Assembly (NCBI RefSeq): GCF_018350175.1
Contig: NC_058368.1
Coordinates: forward strand, 7,440,001 to 7,504,000
From: Felis catus
Taxonomy: Eukaryota
Length of the DNA: 64,000 bases
Direction: 5' to 3'
The notes under the pieces are model-generated. The model did no database searches. It saw only the letters and a list, made by a program, of their open reading frames with translations, and had not been told where the DNA came from. Below, piece after piece: positions 1 through 11,178 of the stretch (position 1 is its first letter; every line of letters starts with the position of its first letter). The translations under genes and the position numbers were made by a program.

Positions 1-674
1 ATGTATGAAACATACAATGTCCAATGTGCCAAAAGCCATGAGAAATTTTGGTGACACCAATATAAATAAGTATTTATCCCTGCCCTTAAAGGTTTGTAAT
101 CTAGATGGGAGAGAATAGGAGGATGTCCCAGAGGCTATGACATAATTACCAGTGGTTCCTTCATTTGACTTGATTCTTATTATCTGGATGGATCAGGGGT
201 TGGAGACCACACTAGTTATGATTAGATACAGCTGCATGTAATAGAAAGTTCAAATAATAAAAATGATAAATATTTATCTTTCACTCACATAAAATACGTA
301 GGCAGCTCCTTGACCTTCAGGGACCCAGGCTCCTCCCATCTTTCTGCTCTATTCCCAGGATGAAGTTTCTATCTTAAAGATCATTTAATGATCCAAGATA
401 GATACAGAAAACGCCTGACTTGCAAGGACCACCCCCCTCCACTTACCTCTTCAAAAATGTTTGTTTCCAGGGATACATCTATAATCCTGGTTTCTCTTTA
501 CACTCCCCAGCGCCAAGCCCATCCATCCTAAGACTAAAGCTACCGTGTTTGCATACATAAGTTCCAAATCTCTCTTTCCATCCCTCATCTCTCTACTGAA
601 CTTTAGAACCACATCTTCATCCTGGGACACCAGCAGAATGCTCTGAGGCTAAGGATTAAAATGCAACACATCAT

Positions 675-775
675 GGTTGCCTGGCTGGTTCAGGTGGTAG
701 AGTGTGGGACTCTTGATCTCAGGGTCCTAAGTTCAAGCCCTACCTTGAGGGCAGAGTTTACTTTGAAAAACAAAA
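675..775 (+). mobile_element. Short old tRNA-derived carnivore SINE
   Basis: A-box/B-box-like head (TGGTTCAGGTGGTAGAG...GTTCAAGCCC); AAATGCAACAC duplicated on both sides. Confidence 0.65.
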
Positions 776-953
776 TGAAATGCAACACTTCCCAAACGTG
801 GAGGTAATGTTGTGCCTCCCCAAGCAAAAGTGGGTCCTGCTCTTGAGGTCCCTGTCTCTGCATTTGGTATCGCTACCATTTATTCCCTCAAACAAGCAAC
901 CCAAGCATTCATCCACGTGTTTGGTGCCCTCTGTCTTTCATGCCCTTCCCCTC

Positions 954-956
<3 letters not shown>

Positions 957-994
<38 letters not shown>
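957..994. repeat. (CA)n microsatellite
   Basis: Read directly. Others at 7742-7762, 11926-11960, 26049-26088, 30628-30668 and 63455-63492; (GT)n at 19606-19630, 33943-33968 and 59872-59923; (CT)n at 37343-37371. Confidence 0.95.
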
Positions 995-997
<3 letters not shown>

Positions 998-1290
998 CTA
1001 ATTGGTCTCACCAATTTTCCCAAAGATTCTCTTCAAATTCTCCCAAAGATTTCTCTTTTCTTATCTTCCTGTCTCCTCTCCAGCTCTCAGGTGGTCATTC
1101 TCCATCACTTGAACTGATTTTCTCTTTGCCTGTTTCCCTACCTTTGTTCATTCAATAATTCAGTAAATGGGTCATTTGCAAGCCAACTCTCCGTTGGATC
1201 CTGCTCTGGCCCCTTCTCTGGCCCCATCTATAAGACTTCCTACTGCTTCCAGTAATATTTCTTAAGTTCCTTGGCTTAAAATCTCTGAAT

Positions 1291-1510
1291 AGGGGCACCT
1301 GGGTGGCTCAGTCGGTTAAACGTCCAACTTTGGCTCAGGTCGTGATCTCTCGGTTCACGAGCTCAAGCCCTGCGTTGGGTTCTGTGCTGACAGCTCAGAG
1401 CCTGCAGCCTGCTTCAGATTCTAGGTCTCCCTCTCTCTCTGCCCCTCCCCGACTTGTGCTCTGTCTTTCTCTCTCTCTCTCTCAAAACAGATAAACGTTT
1501 TTTTAAAAAT
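1291..1510 (+). mobile_element. Can-SINE (felid type)
   Basis: GGGGCACCTGGGTGGCTCAGTCGGTTAA head, (CT)n, A tail; TSD AAAATCTCTGA(A/G)TAGG. Confidence 0.9.
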
Positions 1511-2749
1511 CTCTGAGTAGGATCAAGCTCAAATCTGTTAGCAGGGCCCTTTGCACCTTAACCTCCAGTACCACTCACACGCATGTCTAGGCACTACTCC
1601 CTCTCCGCCCTCCTCCACTCCTGGCTCCCGGGTACATTCACTATGCCCTGGCGGTGGACCAGGCGGATGGACCAGGCGCTGTCCCGCCCCCTTGCCCGAG
1701 TGAACAGACTGCTCTCTCCTGGGAGAGTTGCCTGAGTCAGTACTGGCCTGCTCAGGGGAATTCTTCTTTGCAAGGAGAATTTCCCCCTTCATTGCCTCAA
1801 CCCAGAAAAAGCAGAAATAGTCGCTAATAATTCCAGAGCATATAACACATTGCCTCTCTTTCTAACTATCCCCATCTCCGGCACACGATGAAAACACCTA
1901 GATGGTGAACCCTAGCCTTGACCTACCAATAGGTTCATCCAACCCCTGTATTGGTCCATCCAACCCCTGCAGTGCAGTACCCCAAACTGCCTTGAATGGG
2001 GCCATCTTGCCTCTCCAAAGGAACAAGGAATGTGAGAAACTCCTGAGGGGGGCTGGGTACCTACAGATCTGCCATTCACTTGAACGTACTGGGCCCTCCC
2101 CCTGTGATGACTCAGGCATGCAGAGGGCGTGATGGCTGCAGAAGAGTCAGATAGTTCCTGCAAGTAAGTTGCTCCACGGCATACCCTTGAGTGCCTCGGT
2201 GTATTAAGCAGGTAAACCACAAAGCCCTCTTATCCATGCTACCTCCTGAGTCATACCTCGGGATTCATTTATTTATCCAGCAAATATATACTGAGCCCCT
2301 ACTATGTGCCAGAAACTTCTCTGAGTTAGGATACAGTAATGCACAAGATAGACAAACATGCTGATCCCCAGTGGGGCAGGTATTTCGGTGCGGGGGTAGG
2401 AGGGACCGAGACAGAAAAACACATGAGTAGAAGACACAGAAAGCTAGAAGGCATTTATCAAACCAGGAATCTGACTGGGGAACGTGGGGAGGAAGAAGTG
2501 GTAGTTTTTCGTAGGGGCGCTGACCTCCCTTTAAAGAAAAGTGGCATTTGAAGATGGAAAGGAGCAAGGAGCCCTCAACCCCCCTCCCCATTTCTGCGGG
2601 GATGTGTCTGCTGCGAATGTCTCAGAGATGCATCTCCAGTTGAAAACCGGCCAGCTCTCTCCACCAACAGGAAAGGAGGCGGTGTGAAAGAGAAAAAAAG
2701 AGCGGGACCACAGAAATCATTCCATGTTGAACTGTCCGTGATGGACACT

Positions 2750-3360
2750 TGAAAACCGGCTCTGGGGGCAGAGCAGGGCCCTCCAGGCCGAGGGGCTCCC
2801 CGGGGCCCCTCTCTCCCTCTCTCGGGCTGTCAGGCTAATCCCACCGCCTCCTCCCACCCCGCCCCGCCCAAGGAGGCGTTCGTTCCTTCGCTCGGGTGAG
2901 TGAAGTTCAAACCCAGCTGAAGCCAGCCCCGGAAGGCGCGTCGAACTGGAAAGCAGCTGGGCAGCCACAGTGTCCCCCCGGGGAGCGGTCCCCCGGGGAG
3001 CGGTCCCCCGGGGTGCGAGGGCAGCGGCCGGAAACCAGGCGGCCGCGCTAGGCCGCGGGGCTGAGAGGCACTGGCCCCCCGGGCGAGCTCGCGCCCCTCG
3101 CCGGGCGGCACCGGAGTCCCCGCGGCCCGCGCGCCCCGGCTCCTGCCCGGCCTTCTCCTCCGTGGGCACCGCACTTTCCCGAAATCGCCCAACTCCTGGG
3201 GCGCGCCCCGCGGCCCCGGACTGTCGAGCTGGAGCCCCCCTTTCCAGCCGCAGCCCGCCGGGTTTAGCGATGGCGGATTAAGTGTGCGTTCTTTCCAGGC
3301 CTCCCGAAAACACTCTCGGGGATGCTATTTTGCTTGGGCCCGGGTCTCTCCCGCGCCGAG
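2750..3360. promoter_or_regulatory. CpG island upstream of GSX1
   Basis: Very GC- and CpG-rich segment; ORFs here are low-complexity Pro/Arg/Gly/Ala. Confidence 0.75.
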
Positions 3361-4600
3361 TTGCACAACAAACCATTTAAACATTTCGGCACAAAACCCG
3401 ATCCATTGTGGGCCGCACATTAAAAAGTGTTACTCGCTTTGAAGTTTTTGTCTAATGGCTCTAAACTGAAAGAAAATGTTTTCCTATTACTTAATTCAAT
3501 CATAGCGAAGAGACTTGGTAAAAAGCCCACGGATTTTGCCCCAAAGTGTGACAGAGTTCTCTTTGTGTTTGCTTATCCTCCGCTGTCACACACTTTAATT
3601 CGCCCCTCTTTATCTGGCATTCAAAACTTTCTTCAATGACATTCAATAAGGTCCAGAGGCTGGAGGGGAAAAAAAAAAACTGGTTATTTTTCCCCCCTCG
3701 ATATTCTTTCCCAGTAGCTTTGGCCTTGCTCGCATTCAGGGGCTCTTAACCCCTTCCTCCCCGGGCGCGGGCTGCAGCTCCCAAGAGACCTCTGCACCCC
3801 CCCTTTTCGCGGGCTCCAGGCTCCGGGGTTCAGCGGCCGCCCCTTTCACCCCGCAGAGCCCCGCCTGCGCCCCGCGCCTCTCCCACCCGCCACTGCCCGG
3901 GAGAGGGGTGCCTCTCCGGCCCTGTTCCCCGCTCTCGGCTCACTCTCAGCGGTCCAAGCCAGCACAAATTACCCAGAGAGCAATTAGGACCGAGATTAGG
4001 CTGCACTAATGCACTCTGGCTAGTTTGCAAGCACCACCCTTAGGCGGGGAGCCTTGGAGAGGAGACCCTGGCCTTGGGGTCAGCATTGGTCTCCTGTCCA
4101 CCCCCCCCCCCATGCCAAACAATCAAGGAAGCCTTCAGCCCTACTCCTCCTGCTAAAAGACGTGCTAAAAGCTTCGTCCAGGCTATTTTCCCCCATTGCC
4201 CCTCTCCTTGTTATGGGATCGGTTGTTTTCGCACAGACAAAGTCCCTTTGCTTTTTAATCAGTTATAATTTGTTGCTATTGTTATCGTAAAGATGTCACC
4301 AATGATGAAAAACCATGTAAATGCTTCAATCTGGGGCAGTCTTGCTCCCGAGCACTGATTTCCACCCCCCCCACCCCCCACCCCCCACCCCCGCCGCGGA
4401 AAAGCTTCCCCCTTTATTTCTCACAATTCCATTCAGAGCCCTGAGCAGGTGACTGCGGCGATTTGGTTCCAATAAAATCGAAAGTAACCGACTTCGGTGA
4501 CAAGTCCGGGGCTGCAAATTCGAAATATTTATGCTAATTTCCCATTGTATGGAAAAAGTTCCTTGGCGAAGCAGCTTTGAGTCCGGGGACTATTTAAAAG
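3360..4600. promoter_or_regulatory. Upstream motif-rich non-coding blocks (candidate GSX1 enhancers)
   Basis: AT-rich, repeat-free islands within GC-rich DNA with clustered TAAT/ATTA, CATTGT/ACAAAG (Sox-like), ATGCTAAT (POU-like) and CCAATAAAA motifs. Confidence 0.55.
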
Positions 4601-5569
4601 GCTGAAGCTGTGTACACAGCGCCAGGCGTTTGAAGTTGTTTAACCATTGTGTGGCCAGAAAGAAGAGGGCGACGCGGCAGGAGAAGGTCCTGGGGACAGG
4701 GGAGGTCGGTCGGGTTGGGCAAAAGCAGCAGAAGCTGGGAGGACAACTGCCCTTCGCCCCGCTCCTGTGGGGCAAACTTCAGGAAAGCACTGATTTCCGA
4801 GTGCACCCGCCAGTCTATGGGAGTGTGGGCGAGTGGAGAGAGCGCCGGAAAGATCTACGCCCAGCAGAGCATCTCCACTCGCCTCTTCTGCTGGGGTGCG
4901 AGATCTCGATCTTCGCAGTGTAGGCTTCCATTCCCCGTTCCCTGTCCCTGTCCCAGACTCTCAGAGGCCATCGTCCACTCGACATCCACAGCGCTGCCGT
5001 CCAAAGGAAGAGAATGGCTCACCAACATCTACCGAACAAAGACTGGGCGTTAAGGGCAGCATCAGAGTTAAGACTTGGAGAAACTTAAAACAGAAAGACA
5101 GCCTTGGGACTAGCGCTGGATAAGGAACACCGAGCCCCCTTTTTTCTCTCTCTCCAGCAGCGCCTCTCGGCTGCCAGAGCCCCGGGTCCTCCCCCTCAGG
5201 GAGAGGGGAAGGGATTCCACAGGTGGAAATCAGACACCGGCTGTAGGGACACCCGCGGGGTGCACCACGCGGAACTGAGCAAACTGAGTAGAGGGAGCAT
5301 GATCTTGGGGAGCAGGGGTAGATGAGAGAAGGAAGGGGATGGACACGGAATGCGCAGGGAGATGGGGTGTGCGCCCATGGGAATCTGTGGAAGTGAGGCA
5401 GTGGGGGTACAAAATCAAGAAGATAAACCTGCCGATCGCCAGTGCAAAGCCAAAGGGGAGTAAGGAATAAAGAGAAAGAAAAGAATATTAAATCGCGGGA
5501 GAATGAGAAAATAAACCCGCAAAAGGGAGAGGAGGGGGCGAGGGCGCCTGTTACGGCGTGGGTGGGGTT

Positions 5570-5760
5570 GACAAGAATAGAGTACATTATGCAGTTCATT
5601 TAGTTAACAAGTGAAATAATGAGGAAGCGTGCAGAGTGAATGCCAAGAGAAAAGGCACAAAAACCCTATTGAGAGGCCCCGGCCGCTCCTGGCGTAGCCC
5701 ATCACATGGCAATAGTCCTATTTAAGCGGCGCCGCCGGCGCCTTTCAGCACCACTAGTGC
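5570..5760 (+). promoter_or_regulatory. GSX1 proximal promoter with TATA-like CTATTTAAG (5718-5726)
   Basis: AT-rich motif block (5570-5660) followed by a TATA-like box at the edge of the CpG island, ~230 bp before the ATG. Confidence 0.65.
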
Positions 5761-5951
5761 TGGCCAGCACCCCGAGCTCCTCGGGCGGCGGCGGCGGCGG
5801 CGGCGGCTTCAGCCTCGGCCTCGGCGGCGCCTCCAGCCTCCCGCGACCCGGCAACAGCGCGCGGCCGCTGCCCGGGGAAGGGCGCGGGGAGCCGCGGAGT
5901 CCGCGGGGCGCAGCGAGCCGGCTGGCGGCGGGGCGACCGCGCACCGGGGCC

Positions 5952-6363
5952 ATGCCGCGCTCCTTCCTGGTGGACTCGCTGGTGCTGCGCGAGGCGGGCG
6001 AGAAGAAAGCCCCGGAGGGCAGCCCGCCGCCGCTCTTTCCCTACGCCGTGCCCCCGCCGCACGCCCTGCACGGCCTCTCGCCCGGCGCCTGCCACGCGCG
6101 CAAAGCTGGGCTGCTGTGCGTGTGCCCGCTTTGCGTCACCGCCTCGCAGCTGCACGGGCCCCCGGGGCCGCCCGCGCTGCCTCTGCTCAAGGCGTCCTTC
6201 CCGCCCTTCGGCTCGCAGTACTGCCACGCGCCCCTAGGCCGCCAGCACTCGGCCGTGTCGCCCGGGGTCGCTCACGGCCCCGCCGCCGCCGCCGCCGCCG
6301 CCGCGCTCTACCAGACCTCCTATCCACTTCCCGACCCCAGGCAGTTCCACTGCATCTCCGTGG
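5952..6363 (+). CDS. GSX1: GS homeobox 1, coding exon 1
   Basis: ATG in GGGGCCATG context, reading [14 protein letters not shown] (SNAG/eh1-like N-terminus of Gsx proteins), CVCPLCV motif, Ala8 tract and [11 protein letters not shown]; ends in phase 1 at the GT donor G|GTAAGC (6364). Confidence 0.97.
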
Positions 6364-6845
6364 GTAAGCCGGAACGCTGCGCAGGGGGACAGGGCATAGG
6401 GGACCCGATGACAGTTGGCGAGCCAGGGATAGGAGAGGAGGGTCCCTGGGCGTTCTGGAGACGAGGAGAGTCACGCTGGGACCCGGGGGGTGAGGGTGGG
6501 GGTGTCCAATCAGGGTCGTGTGCCTCTGGAGGGTTGGGACAGGACCCAGGAGGGAGGGTGAGGGCAGAAGGTCTGGGTCTCGGAGGGGGCGCGCAGGAGG
6601 GAGCGGGGGCTAAGGTTCAGGGCGCCCCATAAAGTAGTGCCGAGGCTGTGTGACTCTGGGAGTACCAGGGTCCCGCCGCTCAGCAAGGAGGCGCCCGCGG
6701 TAACGCTGCTGTGCATCTCGTTTGGGGCCAAGAGGTGGGTGAGAGACCGAAGTCCCGGGATTCTACTGGGCGCCTACCGGAGGGAGCATCGGGCCCTCAA
6801 CGCAGGAGTCTGATCGCTTCCCTCTCTGCACCCCACCCCCTTCAG
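6364..6845 (+). other. GSX1: GSX1 intron (482 bp, GT-AG)
   Basis: GTAAG donor, CTGAT branch-like motif near 6810, C/T-rich tract, TTCAG acceptor; reading frame restored across the junction. Confidence 0.93.
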
Positions 6846-7225
6846 ACAGCAGCTCCAACCAGCTGCCCAGCAGCAAGAGGATGCGCACCGCGTTCACCAG
6901 CACGCAGCTGCTAGAGCTGGAGCGCGAGTTCGCCTCCAACATGTACCTGTCCCGCCTACGCCGCATTGAGATCGCGACCTACCTGAATCTGTCCGAGAAG
7001 CAGGTGAAGATATGGTTCCAGAACCGCCGGGTGAAGCACAAGAAGGAGGGCAAAGGCAGCAACCACCGCGGAGGCGGCGGGAGCGCGGGTGCCGGCCCCG
7101 GCGCGCCGCAAAGCTGCAAGTGCGCGTCGCTGTCCTCAGCCAAGTGCTCCGAGGATGACGACGAATTGCCCATGTCTCCGTCCTCTTCGGGGAAAGACGA
7201 CCGGGATCTCACGGTCACTCCCTAG
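6846..7225 (+). CDS. GSX1: GS homeobox 1, coding exon 2 (homeodomain)
   Basis: Pyrimidine tract plus TTCAG acceptor ending at 6845; G+AC splices to Asp, then [66 protein letters not shown]...DLTVTP-TAG. 412+380=792 nt, giving 263 aa. Confidence 0.97.
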
Positions 7226-8101
7226 GCGCACGCCTGCCCAGGTCGCCCAGCCCAGGCCCTCCCCGAGTCTCAAAGACTGGCCCTGGGACGAAGTACCGGT
7301 TCCCAGGCACCCGCTGCCAAGCCGCGGCCACGCACGGGTTTGGCAAGGGTTTGCGGGGGGGGGGGGGGGGGGGGGACCCTGGGCAGCGACAAGAGCCTGG
7401 CAGAGACCTGACGCTGGTATCCCCACCCCAGGGCCGGCGGCCCTCCAAAGCGAACGCCAAGCTGTGAATCCTGCCAGCGCTGGAGTCTTTCTCAGCCCTG
7501 CAGCACAGCGGGCCCCGCGGGCATGCCGGCCGGCCCTGCGCCTTGCTGGCCGCTGGCGCCTCCCCGCGCGACCTCTCTGGACTGGCTCAGGCTTTCTCGC
7601 TTCCTCTACTCCCCTCCACCCTGGGTCAAGCTGGACCTCTCACTCCTCGACAACCGCTGGCCACCCCCACCCCGCCCCTTTTACTTCTTTCTCTCCATAC
7701 CCACTTGTTCACTGCGGTAGTTTATCCACGACCACCCCCCCCACACACACACACACACACACTTATGAACTCTTGTTGCTACTGGTTTTCTTTTCCTTTC
7801 CGTCCCCACCCCCCACCCCCCGTTCCTCGTGGGGCCTACTCCATGGTCAGTGGGCCCGTTTGCCCCTTAATCAAGCCTCGCTGGCACTGCAGCTCCCCTC
7901 CCATGAGAGAAATCTCCCCCCCCCCCCCCCGTGGCCTCTGGGTCGGGGAAACCCACTCACATTTTTTTGGAGATGCTCTGCATTCCCCTAAATAGGTCCC
8001 GGGGCTCTGGGCCTCTGGAGACCCCCTCTTCCCCAGACCCCAGACGCCTGCCCCGCCCTGGTCTAGCTTGTCGTTGTACGGTCTCTGTAATACCAGAAGA
8101 T

Positions 8102-8138
8102 ATTTATTTATTTATTTATGTACAAAATTTTAAATAAA
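8102..8138 (+). terminator. GSX1 3' end: AU-rich element and AATAAA polyadenylation signal
   Basis: Four overlapping ATTTA pentamers (8102-8118), AATAAA at 8133-8138, followed by a T-rich stretch. Confidence 0.75.
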
Positions 8139-9989
8139 CTTTTTTTTTTCTTAGAACTCCACGTGGCTCTGGACCCCAGGCCTCGCTCTGGACTGGACAG
8201 GCACCCACCTGGGTTGAGACTTCCAGCTGGGTCAGGGCGGGGATGGGATGACGGGTCCGAGGTCCTGTCCTCGCCGGTCCACCAGTCCCTCTCTGCACCC
8301 TAAGCCGGCAAGGACTCTGCCTTCTGGGTCCCCTGGCCCGTACACTCCCTAGTCTCTGGTCGGGCTCTGGCCAAAGTGCACTGGCTCCATGTCTGAAGGA
8401 AGGAAGGAAAGCACTCCCCCCCGCCCCACCCCCCACCCCCGCTGTGCCTCTAGTCCGGACCCTCCCCCCCCCCAGGGCTCCCTTCCTGCCCTGGATCTGG
8501 CCCCCCAGCAGCGCTCTCTGGTGGTCCCCACCACCATCCCCGAGGGCAGCGACCAACTCTCTCTCGAGAGTGGGAGAACTCCGTCCTTCCTTCGCTGCGC
8601 CCTGACTGATAATGTTTATCAATTGCTTTTTATCTACCGTATTTGTTAGGAACAAATGCCCACCAGGCTGGTGAGGCCTTCTCTCAGAACAGCCCCCTTG
8701 CTTTGCTTTGAGGCAAATTCTATCAGACTGTGCGTCCGAGATTCCGAGGACGCAGAGTGTCCAAGTCCCGGCTAGGGTCCAGCACCTATGTCCTCGCCCA
8801 TTCTTGTTACATCCCCCACAGCTCACTACGACTTAGAGTCAACACCCCAACCCTCCTTGGGGAAACATGCAGGGTCTTCGTGCGTTACGTGGATGGGAAG
8901 GACGCGCTGGGGTTTCTGTTCAGGCAGAGAGGGCACAGCCCCAGAGTGGAGTATTTCTGCTGCTCCGGCAATGGGACACGGGAGACAGAGGATCTGGGTT
9001 CTCACGACCCTCAGAAGACTCCTATTCTGCCTCCTGGAAAACCGGGCCACTTCTTTTCCTGCCAGACGGCTCCCTGCCAACCCCCCCCCCCCCCACCACA
9101 CACACCCATACGCACACCCTGGGGAGCGCGGGACTTCCAACGTCTAGGCAAAGCAAACACTCGCCTTTTTCATGAGAAAGAGGCTTCAGCTGCGGTTGTT
9201 GGGCAGGGTTCATGTCTAAAACCTTTGGTCTTTTCCTTCAGTCAAGCTGAGGACAGGCTCTCTCTCCGGCTCTCCTAGAATAAAGGCGTGTGCCATCTGG
9301 CTTCCCACGATAGGGCATTCCTGGTTCTTCCCGGATCAAGACGCCTGGGTTGTGCCGGAGACAGATGAGAGTCGGTCTGATTCTCTGCCTGCTCCCTGGT
9401 TCCCCCTCCGTCTTCCTCAGTCTGAGCTCCAGTCTCACACCGGGGACCAGTTGTCCGCCTCCCAGGAGGGGGCATTGTACCAATACGTAAAGGAAGCCAC
9501 CATACTTTGAAGCATACACGAACTGGATCCCAACTACTGTTTTATTATCGATGATCCGGACGTTTTCTGAGTTTTTTGGCTGACACGCTCCTCCAAGAAC
9601 CCGTGGGTGAGTGAAGTTTCACAATCTTTAGCTACCAGCAACCCTCCGGTTCTGCCTTTGACTGTGGTTTGGGGCACCCAGGGGGAGCAATGGCCTTTAG
9701 GAAACAGGTCCACGGTGAATGTGAAGGGCTGGCTTTGAACCAGCTCCTTCCCTGGGTTCCGGGAGGGGGGTGGCCCGGTGCCCCAGGACAGGCAGTCTCC
9801 AGTTTTCAGCGACAGACCTCGAGATCAGAAAGGGGAGACGGGCCCTGGGTTGAGGATGGGGCGCTGGCTCTAGAGGAAGATGGAAATGGAACTTGGAGGA
9901 ATGTGAAGAGGCCGGCCACCGGCCCCCCAACCTCAGGCGTACCCCCTATCCCAAGTGCTTCAGTTTTGTCACCGGAGGCGAACGTCCCT

Positions 9990-10480
9990 CTTGCTCCCAG
10001 CTGCTCACAAAAGCTGCAGAGCCAGCGCCGCCGGCCGGGTCCGGGCGGGTCCAGTTCTCCAAGGAGCGTGCCTTGCTTCCTCTCAGCTTTGCCTGTCCGA
10101 GGCTTTATCCCTCTGTCCTGCTGCCCGAAGAGCAGCAGCCTTTGCGCTTTCTGGTGCGCTGTCCGGAAGAGCGTTGGGAGAAGACGCCGCGTCCTTGCCG
10201 CCGTCGCCGCAGCGGGGTTACCAAGGCGGTGGCAGGAGCGCAGCGCTGGGGAGCTCCGAGGCGGCGCGCGAGAGCTCGCGGCGGCCAGCCGCCGCCTGCA
10301 GGAGCCGCGACGGGCTGGTGAGCGCCAACACGCTTCGGTGCGAACGCTCTTCACCCTGCCTCGACCGGGACCCAGGCCACCCGTGGTTTGGGAAGAGGAC
10401 GAGGCGCGCGCCGACCGACCTCCCGGGGCTACCAGAAACCGGAACTTCTCATCCAGGGACACAGAACCCAGTCTTTGAGC
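9990..10480. promoter_or_regulatory. CpG island downstream of GSX1
   Basis: CpG-dense block; overlapping ORFs on both strands show no recognisable domain. Confidence 0.65.
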
Positions 10481-10659
10481 GCACAGTGTTTTGCGCTGGA
10501 AGTTGGGGCTGGCAAGTCAAATTTCGAAATTCAAACCAAGCTGGGTTAGGATGAAATTTCCTGGCAATTTCCACCTAGTGTGGCTGATCCACATGCAGAC
10601 CCCGCCGGATCCTACCTATTTCGGGGACAGCCGCTTTCTTTCCTCTGAGCAGTTTAATG

Positions 10660-10900
10660 GCTAGGAGTGTGGACCCTAGAATTCAAGGGCATGACTTTGC
10701 AATGCGTCTCCACCGTTTCCTTACAAGCTGGGTAACTTTGGGCAAGCCACCGGTCCTTCCTAAACCTCAATCTCTTCTTCTGTAAATGGGGATCATGGTA
10801 ATAGTTCCTTCGCAGGGTTGTTGTGCAATATTAAAGGATAGAATTCACAGAGAATGCTAAGCACAATGTCTGCCAAGTTTCAATAAATGTTAACTAATGT
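10660..10900 (+). mobile_element. MIR
   Basis: GTAACTTTGGGCAAG...CCTCAATCTCTTCTTCTGTAAATGGGGAT...AGGGTTGTTGTG core. Confidence 0.75.
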
Positions 10901-11178
10901 TGTTGTAGTTGTTGTTGTTACTTGTCATGCCTATAGCTGTGCCTAAGACATAGTTGGCGCTGAATAATTTACTGAACGCAAGAAGTGACCACTCACAGAC
11001 AGGCTCGGACCTGAATCTATCGCCAAGGCTGGAGAGAGCACACAGGGGCAAACATTTCCAGGACTCCCCGAAGTCAGTCATTCAGAGAATCAGTAACAGC
11101 TCCCCTCTGTGAGCACTGCCCAGGTGCTGGGAGTCACTGAAGTCCAAATGGGAGACCTCCTTCCACCTTCATTGAGAT

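Larger units (their letters stand above)
5680..7560. promoter_or_regulatory. CpG island spanning GSX1
   Basis: Dense CpG over the leader, both exons and the start of the 3' UTR. Confidence 0.85.

Noticed and set aside
675..770. tRNA gene
   Set aside because: tRNA-like A/B boxes, but with an A-rich tail and flanking duplication; it is a short SINE.
5706..6632. 308-aa ORF as the GSX1 protein
   Set aside because: The ATG at 5706 lies upstream of the TATA-like box and the ORF runs through the splice donor into the intron. The SNAG-start ATG at 5952 plus exon 2 gives the canonical protein.
7089..7991. 300-aa ORF overlapping the GSX1 3' UTR
   Set aside because: Non-ATG start, low complexity, crosses homopolymer and (CA)n tracts, no recognisable domain.
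9669..10554. Several 200-270 aa overlapping ORFs
   Set aside because: Expected stop-codon scarcity in a CpG island; no domain or splice support.
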